Assembly: GCA_044229845.1 (NCBI GenBank)
Contig: JBGASG010000006.1
Location: 256,001-320,000 of the forward strand
Length of the DNA: 64,000 nucleotides
Origin: Candidatus Obscuribacteraceae bacterium
GTDB lineage: Bacteria; Cyanobacteriota; Vampirovibrionia; Obscuribacterales; Obscuribacteraceae
Direction of reading: 5' to 3'
The position numbers and the translations under genes were made by a program. This document shows positions 38,078 through 48,082 of the stretch, one piece after another (positions within the stretch are counted from its first letter, which is position 1; every line of letters begins with the position of its first letter). The notes beneath the pieces were generated by a model. It had not been told where the DNA came from, did no database searches, and saw only the letters and a program-made list of their open reading frames with translations.

Positions 38078-38896
38078 TTAAAGGACCTCTTCAAACTTAT
38101 GCTTCCACGTGGATTTAGGTCTGAGCGCAATATCCGGTGAGGTAAGCGTGTCGACCAGCCAGCGGATGGGTGATCCTATCCCTATTAAAGCAAGAGTGAA
38201 GAAAATGTCGTAGGGGAGAGCATAGCCGCTCAAATTGCGCACTTGCTCCCAGAGCCAGGGCTGCCAGATCACAGCGGCTTTGTCGCCTTCGAAAAGCAAA
38301 ATCAGAAGATAGCGGGCAAACAGATAGAGGAGCCCGCTTACGTGCACTATAGCCAACCCGCCGGCGGCAGCCGCCAGGCGGCGCCAGTGGCTGTTGAGGG
38401 TGAGGGTGACGCGCCCGGCGAACCAGCTGGCTGTCAGCAAGCCCAGCAGGTAGCCGAAAGTCGGCTGCGACCAGTAATCGACCCCGCCTCCGCCGGCAAA
38501 AGGCAAAATACCAGTGACGTCGCCAATCAGCCCCAAAACGATAAAGGTGCCGCAGGCCACCAGACCGAGCGGAATGCCCATTGCATATCCAAGCAATACC
38601 GCCAGCGGTGCCAGCGGTACATATGGTCCATAACGAACTTCGTCCGCCGGCTCTTTGAGCGCCGGAAGAACGGTCAAAATCTTTTCCTGCACTTTGGGCG
38701 ATGCCAGCGATACCGCCTGCTGAGCTGCGAACTTGCCGAAATTCGCCATGTTGCCGCCGGTGGCCGTGGGCAGTTTCAGCGAAGAGAACGAGGCGAAGAA
38801 CAACAGCTCGACCGCCAGGCAAAGCAGAACCAGCTGCCCCACCTTGGACCGCCGTCGCAAGTTGGAGAAATTCGAAGCTCCCAGCCAGTTGACCAC
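38078..38896 (-). CDS. bioY: Biotin transporter BioY
   Basis: GLIG...PFAGGGG...PTFGYLLG; GTG start overlaps rimI stop. Confidence 0.8.
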   Translation of the reverse strand: MVNWLGASNFSNLRRRSKVGQLVLLCLAVELLFFASFSSLKLPTATGGNMANFGKFAAQQAVSLASPKVQEKILTVLPALKEPADEVRYGPYVPLAPLAVLLGYAMGIPLGLVACGTFIVLGLIGDVTGILPFAGGGGVDYWSQPTFGYLLGLLTASWFAGRVTLTLNSHWRRLAAAAGGLAIVHVSGLLYLFARYLLILLFEGDKAAVIWQPWLWEQVRNLSGYALPYDIFFTLALIGIGSPIRWLVDTLTSPDIALRPKSTWKHKFEEVL

Positions 38897-39417
38897 TACG
38901 TTGTTCTCCGAGTCTCTTCGAGAGCGCGTATTCGCTGCGTCAGCGTCTTCACATAATCCGGAGAGGATATATGTTCGGTCCACAGGACCAGCGCGTCCTC
39001 GTCGTTATCTTGATAATACTTGCGTCTCAGTCCCAAGCTCTTAAAACCATACTTATAATAGAGCTTTTGCGCCACCTCATTGGACGCACGCACCTCCAAC
39101 GTGACGTAGCTGGCGCCCACTTCCTGCGCACGGGTGATGTCGTGGATGAGGAGTCTCTCACCGACATACTTTCGTCTCAAATCAGGGTGCACAGCCAGGG
39201 TCGTAATGTGCGCCTCTTCGCCGATCAGCCAAAACCCGGAGTAGCCGTAGAGATTGTCGGTCTGCGGCTCGACGGCGGCGTAGTAGTGCCCGGCGGGATT
39301 GGTCAATTCCTTGATGAACGAATCCCGCGACCAGTGGTGGCTACCAAAGGCGACTGGCTCTATATCCATCACCTGATCAAGGTCTTCGGGTTTGAGATTT
39401 CTGATCTCGATTTCCAT
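38896..39417 (-). CDS. rimI: Ribosomal-protein-alanine N-acetyltransferase
   Basis: EAHITTLAVHP, LEVRASN, RRKYYQDNDEDAL. Confidence 0.93.
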   Translation of the reverse strand: MEIEIRNLKPEDLDQVMDIEPVAFGSHHWSRDSFIKELTNPAGHYYAAVEPQTDNLYGYSGFWLIGEEAHITTLAVHPDLRRKYVGERLLIHDITRAQEVGASYVTLEVRASNEVAQKLYYKYGFKSLGLRRKYYQDNDEDALVLWTEHISSPDYVKTLTQRIRALEETRRTT

Positions 39418-40123
39418 GATCTTGCTTTAAAGTCACCGAAGGACTTTGCAGATAGAGCGGGAAAACATCCTGCCACCGCGCATCCCATGCCGCCTTCAAA
39501 GATAACCGATCGTAAGCCAGTTGCGCCTGTTGGGCGGCAATATTTTTTATGGCCGGCAGAGGTCGAATTGATATAGCCCCGCCGTCCACAACTCCAGAAT
39601 CGGCAACCAGAGCCACTTCCGCTTCCTGATTTGCCAGCCAGGCGGCATAGCCGGACAGATATTCCAGCAATTTTTCTTGTGGAAGAAACGCCTGCGGCGT
39701 GGCAGCAAACGCCGGATCCTGCGCGCGCGGCTCAAACCCGCCGGCATAATAAGCCGGCTTCGCGCCCGCCTTCAGCACCACCGCCACCGGTCCGGGCAGC
39801 GCCGCGGCGGCGGCCACAGCATCCAGATAAGAGATGCCGGCAAGCGGCAGATCGAGGGTCTGGGCAAGCGTGCGCGCGGTGATCACACCGACGCGGATGC
39901 CGGTGAAACTGCCGGGACCCACTCCCACCACCAGCCCTTCCAATTGCTTCTTGTGCCAGCCTGATTCGGCAAGCAAATCAGCCACAGCCGGTATCAGCTG
40001 ACTGGCTATATCCGAACGATTGACGCTGGTGGGCGGCAGTTCCTTTTGAGCCACGACATCTCTGTCTGCGAGCAAGGCGACGTGCAGTGTCGAGGTGCTC
40101 GTATCAAAAGAAAGAATGCGCAT
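39377..40123 (-). CDS. tsaB: tRNA threonylcarbamoyladenosine biosynthesis protein TsaB
   Basis: ILSFDTS, GPGSFTGIRVG, PLYL. Confidence 0.92.
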   Translation of the reverse strand: MRILSFDTSTSTLHVALLADRDVVAQKELPPTSVNRSDIASQLIPAVADLLAESGWHKKQLEGLVVGVGPGSFTGIRVGVITARTLAQTLDLPLAGISYLDAVAAAAALPGPVAVVLKAGAKPAYYAGGFEPRAQDPAFAATPQAFLPQEKLLEYLSGYAAWLANQEAEVALVADSGVVDGGAISIRPLPAIKNIAAQQAQLAYDRLSLKAAWDARWQDVFPLYLQSPSVTLKQDHGNRDQKSQTRRP

Positions 40124-40127
40124 GGAC

Positions 40128-43100
40128 TCAGGACTTTTCCGGAGGTTTCGTCTCGGTGGCTACTTCTTCCGCGGCGGCGGAAGCGGTGGCGCCGTTGCCA
40201 TTGCCGGTGGTGGCGCTTTTGCCGTCTGCAACGCCGAACTCGTAATCGACCTCGCCTTGTTTTTCCTCGTCCGCCTCGGCGGTTGGCGTTGCAGCTGCCG
40301 CATCACCACCGCCAGTCACTGACTCATCGTCGATCAGGTGGTCAGCCAGATTCTTGGCCGAGACGGCTTCACTGATGCTGATGCCGGGACCGAGATCGTC
40401 ATCCATCGGTTCCATGGCTTCCCCGTCTTCATCCGAATCGATTTGCTGGAACTCTTCCAGCATCGACATGATCTCGGCCATTTCCATTTCGGAGTCCATG
40501 GAGACCATTTGAGCGCGGAACAAGAGCTGCACTGATTCTTGTTGAATCGAACGCAAGAGAGACTCGAACATACCGAAGGCTTCTTTCTTGTACTCCTGCA
40601 GCGGATCGCGTTGACCGTAGCCGCGCAAGTGAATGCCTTCACGCAAGACTTCAATGTTGTGCAAGTAATCGACCCACTTTGTGTCGATGGTGCGCAGCAA
40701 GACCTGGCGCTCCAGCTCACGCATGTTCTCTTCGCCGACATGGCTTTCGCGCACTTCGTAGGCCATTTTTGCGGCTTCCTTCAGTTTCGTCTGCAAGTCG
40801 TCGTAAGACAGTCCGGACAGCTCTTGCATGGTTATGTCGGAGAGCAGCGGAATGTCGTTGGTGAGCACCGAGAGAATTTCCGGCAAGCCGGTCTCTTCCC
40901 AGGTTTCCGGCGGCTCTTCCGAATCGATGTGTTCGCGCAAAACGATGTCCACATGCTCGTCGAGCATATCGACGATCGCTTCCCTGAGTTCGCTGCGCTC
41001 GAGAATGCGCCGGCGCTCGCGGTAGATGACCTCGCGTTGCGTATTGAGCACATCGTCGTACTGCAAAACGTGTTTGCGCATGTCGAAGTGGTAGGCTTCC
41101 ACTTTCTTCTGTGCGCCTTCGATAGATTTAGACACCATCGGTGATTCGATGGGCATTTCATCGTCGGCCCGGATGAAGTCCATCAGCTTGGCGATTTTGT
41201 CACCGCCGAAAATGCGCATCAACGTGTCTTCCAGAGACAGGTAGAAACGCGAACTACCAGGGTCGCCCTGACGTCCGGCTCTACCACGCAACTGGTTGTC
41301 GATACGTCGGGATTCGTGGCGTTCCGTGCCGATGATATGCAGACCGCCCAGAGACACGACTTCATCGTGCTCTTTGTCCGTTTCTTCCTTGTATTTTTTG
41401 GTCAGTTGTTTGACGACATCATCGTAGTCAGGCTCGTAGCCTGTGACGCCGTCCTTCTTCAACTTGTCTTTGGCCAGATATTCCGGGTTGCCGCCCAGCA
41501 AGATGTCGGTACCGCGACCCGCCATGTTAGTGGCGATAGTGATCGCGCCTTTGCGACCGGCCTGCGCGATGATCATCGCTTCCTTCTCGTGATGCTTGGC
41601 GTTCAGCACGTGGTGAGGCACACCTTTGCGAATCTCAGCGATAGTACCGGCCGTGCGAGAAACAGAGAAGACGCGATCGATCAACTCGTCTTGCTTGGCG
41701 AACTCCGAGGCCACTTGTTCGGCCGCGCGCTCCATTTTTTCAGGGTCTATGAGACCCGGACGCTCGAAGATTTTCTTCAATCCGTCGATGGATGGACCGG
41801 TAAGTTTTTTGGCACGAATCACATCGATGCACTTGGTGATCTTGCGATTGAGAAACTCATTCATGCCCTGCGGTTTGCTGAGCAGATCGGCAACCAGCTC
41901 CGACTTTTCGATCGACGTGGTGCCGACCAGCACGGGACGTCCCTGCTTGTGCAGATCGACGATTTCTTCCACGACCGAGAAAAATTTGATCGGCTCGGTC
42001 TTGTAAATGACGTCGGCGTTGTCGCTTCTAATAGACTCGCGGTTAGTGGGAATCGAGACCACATCAAGGTTGTAGATCTTGGCGAATTCGGCAGCTTCCG
42101 TCATGGCTGTACCGGTCATGCCGGCCAGTTTCGGGTAGAGACGGAACAGGTTTTGATAAGTGATCGAGGCGTACGTCATCGTTTCGTCTTGAATCGGTAC
42201 GCCTTCCTTAGCTTCGATCGCCTGGTGCAAGCCATCGCTCCAGCGCCGTCCGACCATCATGCGTCCCGTGAACTCGTCGACGATGACAATCTCTGGCTTG
42301 CCTTCCTCATTCATACGAATGACGTAGTCGGTATCTACTTTATAGAGTTCCTTCGCGCGCAACGCTTGCGAAAGGTGATGGGCGAGGTTCCAGCGCACAT
42401 CGTAGAGATCGCTGACACCGCACAAGCGTTCAGCGTTCAAGATGCCGCGCTCGGTGAGCAAGACATTTTTGCCCTTTTCGTCGACATAGTAGTCGCAATC
42501 TTCGTCATCTTTGTCGCGCCCGCGGTGCAGCATCGGCGCCACCTGCGACATGCGGTTGTAGACTTCGACCAGTGACTCGGTCGGATAGCCCGAAATGATC
42601 AGCGGCGTTCTCGCTTCGTCGATCAAGATATTGTCGACTTCGTCGACGATGGCATAGTAGTACTGGCGCTGGGCCAGTTGATCGAGCGACGTGCGCATAT
42701 TGTCGCGCAAGTAGTCGAAACCGAATTCGTGGTTGGTACCGTATGTGATATCAGCGCGATAGGCCGACATTTTTTCGTCGTCGCCTTGATGCGAATAGAC
42801 CAGTCCGGTGGATAAGCCCAGAAACTTATAGAGCCGTCCCATCCACTCGGAGTCGCGGCGCGCCAGGTAATCGTTGACTGTCACCACGTGTACGCCGCGT
42901 CCGGTCAGCCCGTTCAGGTAAACAGGCAAAGTAGCGACCAGGGTCTTACCTTCCCCGGTGCGCATCTCGGCAATCTTGTTGAAGTGCAGAGCTGCGCCTC
43001 CCATGAGCTGCACGTCAAAGTGGCGCATGCCCAGAACTCGGCGGCTGGCCTCGCGGCAGACGGCAAAGGACTCAGGCAAAATGTGCTCCAGCACCTTGCC

Positions 43101-43379
43101 AAGCTCGCGGTCGTGGGCAGTGCGAATCTGCCCAGGCATCTTGGTGACGGTCTCTGGAATGAGAATTTTGTTTTCGACGCCTTTGAGAGCGTTGTCAATC
43201 TGATTGCGGAATTCGGCTGTCTTGCCAGCCAGTTCCTCATCAGAGAGCTTTTCCATCTGCGATTCCAGATGGCTGGCGCGTTTGACGTAGTCTTGCAGCA
43301 ACCTTACTTTTTTGTCGTTGGATTCGCCGAAAAGCGACTTAAGCCAGGTCCTTGCCTTGTCTTCGAGGCTCACGCTCAT
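40128..43379 (-). CDS. secA: Preprotein translocase ATPase SecA
   Basis: MRTGEGKT, DEVDNILIDEARTPLIISG, ATNMAGRGTDI, RRIDNQLRGRAGRQGDPG. Confidence 0.98.
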   Translation of the reverse strand: MSVSLEDKARTWLKSLFGESNDKKVRLLQDYVKRASHLESQMEKLSDEELAGKTAEFRNQIDNALKGVENKILIPETVTKMPGQIRTAHDRELGKVLEHILPESFAVCREASRRVLGMRHFDVQLMGGAALHFNKIAEMRTGEGKTLVATLPVYLNGLTGRGVHVVTVNDYLARRDSEWMGRLYKFLGLSTGLVYSHQGDDEKMSAYRADITYGTNHEFGFDYLRDNMRTSLDQLAQRQYYYAIVDEVDNILIDEARTPLIISGYPTESLVEVYNRMSQVAPMLHRGRDKDDEDCDYYVDEKGKNVLLTERGILNAERLCGVSDLYDVRWNLAHHLSQALRAKELYKVDTDYVIRMNEEGKPEIVIVDEFTGRMMVGRRWSDGLHQAIEAKEGVPIQDETMTYASITYQNLFRLYPKLAGMTGTAMTEAAEFAKIYNLDVVSIPTNRESIRSDNADVIYKTEPIKFFSVVEEIVDLHKQGRPVLVGTTSIEKSELVADLLSKPQGMNEFLNRKITKCIDVIRAKKLTGPSIDGLKKIFERPGLIDPEKMERAAEQVASEFAKQDELIDRVFSVSRTAGTIAEIRKGVPHHVLNAKHHEKEAMIIAQAGRKGAITIATNMAGRGTDILLGGNPEYLAKDKLKKDGVTGYEPDYDDVVKQLTKKYKEETDKEHDEVVSLGGLHIIGTERHESRRIDNQLRGRAGRQGDPGSSRFYLSLEDTLMRIFGGDKIAKLMDFIRADDEMPIESPMVSKSIEGAQKKVEAYHFDMRKHVLQYDDVLNTQREVIYRERRRILERSELREAIVDMLDEHVDIVLREHIDSEEPPETWEETGLPEILSVLTNDIPLLSDITMQELSGLSYDDLQTKLKEAAKMAYEVRESHVGEENMRELERQVLLRTIDTKWVDYLHNIEVLREGIHLRGYGQRDPLQEYKKEAFGMFESLLRSIQQESVQLLFRAQMVSMDSEMEMAEIMSMLEEFQQIDSDEDGEAMEPMDDDLGPGISISEAVSAKNLADHLIDDESVTGGGDAAAATPTAEADEEKQGEVDYEFGVADGKSATTGNGNGATASAAAEEVATETKPPEKS

Positions 43380-43585
43380 TATGTTTTATTGCTCCTAATA
43401 ATCACGAAATTCTATCATTAGAGGGGGTCCAATCGCCGTGCCAGCGCTCTTTGCACGTGCCGCAGGTATCTTTGGAGCAACAATTGCTTGTTATCATGTG
43501 ACAGGAAGAGCGATTCGGTCATGTTTCTTCTCAGCAATGATCGGTTTTTCTTTGCATTTGTTGCACTAAAAACGACCTTAATCAT

Positions 43586-44659
43586 ATGGACGCCGTTAAA
43601 AATCCCGAAAAGCCAGCGCTGTCAGGACTCACCCTGTCCGAGCTGGAGTTGTTTGTCAAAGAACTGGGGCTGCCCGCGTTCAGGGCGCGCCAGATTCATA
43701 GCTGGATTTACGTGAAGTGGGCGTCATCCTTCGATGAAATGACCGACCTCAGCAAGGATGTCCGAGACCTGCTCAAAGAAAAGGCGACCGTCTCTCTCCT
43801 CGAACTGGCTCATCTGGAGGTGAGCTCAGACGGCACCCGCAAATATCTTTTCAAATTGCCGGACGGGCGCTTTGTCGAATCGGTCTTGATGTCCTTCGAA
43901 GACCGCCCATCGTTTTCAGCGTGCGTCTCCAGCCAGGTCGGCTGCGCAGTCGGATGCACTTTCTGCGCGACCGGTTATCTCGGCTTCAAACGCAACCTGA
44001 GCGCGCAAGAAATCATCGACCAGGTGCTCTGCATTCAGCGCGAGTCCGGTCACAGGGTCGCCAACATCGTCTACATGGGGCAAGGCGAGCCGCTCCTGAA
44101 CACCGACGAAGTAATTAAAAGTCTGAAAATGATGGGCGATTCGGTGGGCATCGGACAGCGGCACATCACAGTTTCTACCTCCGGCGTCATTCCCGGCATC
44201 CAGAGACTGGCGGATGAAGGTTTGCAAATCACGCTGGCACTCTCGCTGCATGCTCCGGATCCGACCACACGTGAACAAATCGTTCCGATAACCAAGAAAT
44301 TTCCCATCGCTGAATTGATGGACGCCATCCATTCTTATTACGCCAAAACCAAACGCCGCATCACCATCGAATACGTTTTGCTGGCCGGCGTCACCGACTC
44401 GCCGCAGCAGGCTTCCGAACTGGCAGAACTGGTGCGTGACCTGCACTGCAACATTAACCTCATACCTTATAACCCGACCTACAACCAGGAAGGAGTGGTG
44501 GCATACGGTCGCCCTTCTTTAGAAAGCCAGCAAAGATTCAAACGCATCGCCGAAGGTTCCGGCAAAACCGTCACCATTCGCCTGGAACGCGGCACCGACA
44601 TCAACGCCGCCTGCGGGCAACTGCACAACGCCTTCGAGAGCGGCAACGCCAAATCCTGA
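43586..44659 (+). CDS. rlmN: 23S rRNA (A2503-C2)/tRNA methyltransferase
   Basis: CVSSQVGCAVGCTFCATG, MGQGEP, DINAACGQL. Confidence 0.96.
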   Translation: MDAVKNPEKPALSGLTLSELELFVKELGLPAFRARQIHSWIYVKWASSFDEMTDLSKDVRDLLKEKATVSLLELAHLEVSSDGTRKYLFKLPDGRFVESVLMSFEDRPSFSACVSSQVGCAVGCTFCATGYLGFKRNLSAQEIIDQVLCIQRESGHRVANIVYMGQGEPLLNTDEVIKSLKMMGDSVGIGQRHITVSTSGVIPGIQRLADEGLQITLALSLHAPDPTTREQIVPITKKFPIAELMDAIHSYYAKTKRRITIEYVLLAGVTDSPQQASELAELVRDLHCNINLIPYNPTYNQEGVVAYGRPSLESQQRFKRIAEGSGKTVTIRLERGTDINAACGQLHNAFESGNAKS

Positions 44660-44769
44660 TCACTGGTTTTTACAATTCCTTGTGGTTCCTCTAACACCAG
44701 AGGTATCGCACTTAAAGTTGCCCGCCTAAGATGAACTGAGAAACAGTCAAAACCTTCTGAGAGGCGCTT

Positions 44770-46026
44770 ATGGTCAAACATATAGCGGCGCTGACGTTCA
44801 TCTATCTGTGCGTCTGCGCAGCCTGGGCTATCCTGGGCAGTACGGTACTCGTTCGCACCTATAAAAGCGACGAAAATCTGCAAGGCAAAGTGGAAGAACT
44901 ATGGGGTTCTCGCCAGTGGCAACTGGCACCACAACCTTACTGGAAAGAGCCACTGGTGAGAAAGCATGCGGGCGATCCCGCGGAAGCCACCCACAATATC
45001 AATCTCGACTCCAGCAAAGTGGCAGTCAAACTGCATCTGGACCAACGCAAGAAAGGACTGCTCTGGTATCCGACCTACCGCGTGAGTTTCGGCGGCACGT
45101 ATGCCTTCGAAAATCCCACGGACAAGCCACAGACCGTATATTGCGGTTTTACGCTGCCATCGGCGCGCGAAGTCTACGACAACTTGCACTTCACCATCAA
45201 TGGAACGCCGTTGAAAAACACGGCTCCGGAAGGTGACACCATCACCGGTTCAATCCTCCTGCAACCGCATGAAAAGGCAAACATGTTCGTCAGTTATGAC
45301 TCGCAGGGCATGTACTCCTGGAGCTACCGCTTCAACAACGGAGTAGCGCAGGTCAGAGATTTTGATCTGCACATGACCACCGATTTTCCGAACATAGATT
45401 TTCCAGACAACTCGCGCTCGCCGACCACCAAGAGCAAGGACGGAAAAGGCTGGGTGCTCGATTGGAAATACGCCAACACTATGACCGGCAAAGACATCGG
45501 CATGTCCATGCCACAGCTGCTCAACCCCGGTCCCTGGGTCAGCGAAGTCACCTTTTTCGCACCGGTATCACTGTTCTTCTTCAACTTTGTGGTCTGGCTG
45601 ATCTCGACGGTGAAATCGATACGGATTCATCCGATGCACTACTTCTTCATCGGCGCGTCCTTCTTCAGCTTCCACCTTTTGATGGCATACTCAGTGGATC
45701 ACATTCCCATTGAGATAGCATTCATAGTTTCTTCGCTGGTGTCGCTGTTCCTGGTCGTGACCTACATCGCCCGCGCGGTCCCCAACCGCACTCTGGTGAA
45801 ACAAATAGCCGTGGCTCAGGCCGTTTATCTGGTGTTCTTCTCGTACACGTTCTTCCTCGAACAGTTCACCGGCTTGATCATCACCATCATGTCCATCGCC
45901 ACGTTGTTCGTTTCAATGCAGTACACGGCCCGCTTCAACTGGTCGCACGTCTTCAACAAAAAGCTGGCTGCCGCCCAGGAAGAAGCACTCGGACTGCTGG
46001 ACGGACCGACCTACCTGCCCGAATGA
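44770..46026 (+). CDS. CreD-like inner membrane protein
   Basis: N-terminal TM, periplasmic domain, six C-terminal TMs with IHPMHY motif. Confidence 0.7.
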   Translation: MVKHIAALTFIYLCVCAAWAILGSTVLVRTYKSDENLQGKVEELWGSRQWQLAPQPYWKEPLVRKHAGDPAEATHNINLDSSKVAVKLHLDQRKKGLLWYPTYRVSFGGTYAFENPTDKPQTVYCGFTLPSAREVYDNLHFTINGTPLKNTAPEGDTITGSILLQPHEKANMFVSYDSQGMYSWSYRFNNGVAQVRDFDLHMTTDFPNIDFPDNSRSPTTKSKDGKGWVLDWKYANTMTGKDIGMSMPQLLNPGPWVSEVTFFAPVSLFFFNFVVWLISTVKSIRIHPMHYFFIGASFFSFHLLMAYSVDHIPIEIAFIVSSLVSLFLVVTYIARAVPNRTLVKQIAVAQAVYLVFFSYTFFLEQFTGLIITIMSIATLFVSMQYTARFNWSHVFNKKLAAAQEEALGLLDGPTYLPE

Positions 46027-46070
46027 TCCATCGAGATCGCAACTGAACGATTTTTGTCAAGGACCCTCAG

Positions 46071-46094
46071 CGAGCCACCACATAAGGTGGCTCG
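46071..46094. terminator. Stem-loop between convergent genes
   Basis: CGAGCCACC-ACATAA-GGTGGCTCG. Confidence 0.55.
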
Positions 46095-46113
46095 TTGCGT
46101 TCACACCTGCCGG

Positions 46114-47067
46114 TCAGTCATAAGGCGTCAGATCGATGAAGGGCACAACAGAAGCCGCTTCGAGTTTCTCGACAGTCGACTCCTTCAGCAAGTAGAAGCA
46201 AGACACTTGCAGGTCTTCATGATCCAACTTTTGAAAAAGCACTTTCGAGTCCTTGCTCAGCAAAATGTCGTTGAATACGTTGAAGATGTCATCCACCGAG
46301 CAGACTTGCTGGAAGAAACTGTCATCACCGTCCACCTGCAGTTCCAGATTGAACTGATCTTCCATCTGGGGCATCACGTCGGCACTGACAATCTTCACTT
46401 TGCCCGTCTTGCCGATGTATTTGGACAGGGTTGGAATCAGATACTCCAGATCGAAGTAGTCATAGGTGGTTTCAATGAACTTGTCCGCGACGGCACGTTC
46501 CGGCAGTGCCGCATAGTAGGCACGCAGCAAATCAACAATACGACCGTTGTCGCCCTGCGGGTCGAGGTCGAGCTGCTTGCAGAGTTTCTCCAGAATCTCC
46601 CCTTGCAAATCCTTCGCCAACTTGCACTTATGCAAAACCTTCAGCGTATCTGTGAGCGGCAGGCAATCCTGGCGATCTTCAATTGTGAGCGCGCGCCGGA
46701 ACAAAGCGGCCGCCTTGCCCTCCTGGTTAGTGCGGCGATAGGCCGCCGCCAGGTCATACTGCGCTTTCGAGAGATAACTGCTCTCGCAGCGTTGCACGGA
46801 ATCGTCTCGCACGGAGTCCAGTATGCGCACGGCTGATTCCAGAAACGGAATTGCCGCATCCTCATCCTTGCGGTCCCATCGAATCTTGCCAAGGAAATAA
46901 TAAATCTGTCCAAGTTCTTCGCACGGCGGCACCGCGTCTTTTTCCGCCAGCGCCAGCGCACTTCCCCAACGCTCTTCGGCGAGCAGTTCGTCACCATCCA
47001 TGAACGCTCGCATCGCCTGCCGACTCTCGTCCTTCCACATGTCGCCTCCGCTGTCAGCCGCCCCCAC
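46114..47067 (-). CDS. TPR-containing hypothetical protein
   Basis: N-terminal TPR-like helices (YYFLGKI, LAAAY...LFRRALTI); start uncertain. Confidence 0.7.
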   Translation of the reverse strand: MGAADSGGDMWKDESRQAMRAFMDGDELLAEERWGSALALAEKDAVPPCEELGQIYYFLGKIRWDRKDEDAAIPFLESAVRILDSVRDDSVQRCESSYLSKAQYDLAAAYRRTNQEGKAAALFRRALTIEDRQDCLPLTDTLKVLHKCKLAKDLQGEILEKLCKQLDLDPQGDNGRIVDLLRAYYAALPERAVADKFIETTYDYFDLEYLIPTLSKYIGKTGKVKIVSADVMPQMEDQFNLELQVDGDDSFFQQVCSVDDIFNVFNDILLSKDSKVLFQKLDHEDLQVSCFYLLKESTVEKLEAASVVPFIDLTPYD

Positions 47068-47160
47068 CTGCGAACATGTTACTCCTGAATTTGTCGCCCT
47101 CTACTACCAGCAGTGCGGATTACCCCACTGCTCCGGTGCTGCGTTCGCAGCGCAGGCAAT

Positions 47161-48042
47161 CTAAGCGGAGGCGATAACAGGTGCTCTGAAGCCGGCGTCC
47201 AGTGTCGTGTCCGGCAGAGGCTGCCACTGGAACTTGCCGTCCGCCTGGGTAACATGCCCCCAGGGCACGCCGATTTCGTGATCGAAAACCACCAGCCACT
47301 TTTCGCTGGATGCACGTGCGAGCCACTCGGACTTTATGTCGCAGCTCTCGAGCGGATAGTGATCGTATCCCATCACCCAGGGCGGACTGATGTGACTCTT
47401 CGTGGGCATGATGTCGGCGAAGTAGACGCCCTGCTTGCCCTCAGATTCGAAATAAACAACCTGGTGGTGGCGAGTGTGCCCACCTGTGACTTTAGCCCAG
47501 ACGCCCGGCACCACTTCTTTGTCGCCATCGATCAGTTCGAGCAATCCCTGCTCCATCAGCGGTTCGAAGTCATCACTGCGATAACTAGCCCGGGCACGCG
47601 CGTTGGCTTGGTGCGCAAACTCCCATTCACCGCGCTGGGCATAATATCGTGCTTTCGGGAAAGCCGGCAGCAAGTTGCCGTCAAGCTCGAGCACCGCGCC
47701 ACCGGCATGGTCGAAATGGAGATGCGAAAAGATCACGGCCTGTACATCATCGTTTGGCAATCCTGCCGATTGCAGTGCGTGCTTATGATCAATGAGCGGG
47801 CGCACTTCATAGCGCTCACGTTCCTTCTCGGTCCAGCGAGGGCCCATGCCGGTTTCCACCAGCACATTACCGCCGGGAGTCTCTATCAAAAGCAAATTGC
47901 AAGCCAGCGCGACGCGGTTTAGCTGGTCAGCCGGCTCCACCTTGTTCCACAAGTGCTTGGGGACGACACCAAACATGGCACCGCCATCCAGCTTGAATGT
48001 GCACTCTCTGATGATCGAAAGACGAAACTTGCCGAAGTCCAT
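47161..48042 (-). CDS. MBL-fold metallo-hydrolase (YtnP-like)
   Basis: LDGGAMFGVVPK, HLHFDHAGG, GHTRHHQ. Confidence 0.92.
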   Translation of the reverse strand: MDFGKFRLSIIRECTFKLDGGAMFGVVPKHLWNKVEPADQLNRVALACNLLLIETPGGNVLVETGMGPRWTEKERERYEVRPLIDHKHALQSAGLPNDDVQAVIFSHLHFDHAGGAVLELDGNLLPAFPKARYYAQRGEWEFAHQANARARASYRSDDFEPLMEQGLLELIDGDKEVVPGVWAKVTGGHTRHHQVVYFESEGKQGVYFADIMPTKSHISPPWVMGYDHYPLESCDIKSEWLARASSEKWLVVFDHEIGVPWGHVTQADGKFQWQPLPDTTLDAGFRAPVIASA

Positions 48043-48082
48043 ATGAATAAGCACCAAATGCTTGAGAGTGACTATCTTACCG

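Noticed and set aside
41628..41880. Intein in SecA
   Set aside because: Too short and lacks the terminal His-Asn plus Cys/Ser/Thr junction
41316..42575. Long antisense ORFs (also 12997..13860, 46054..46836, 47113..47922, 53510..54733, 55811..56845, 60972..61754)
   Set aside because: Shadow frames of well-supported genes, expected in GC-rich DNA
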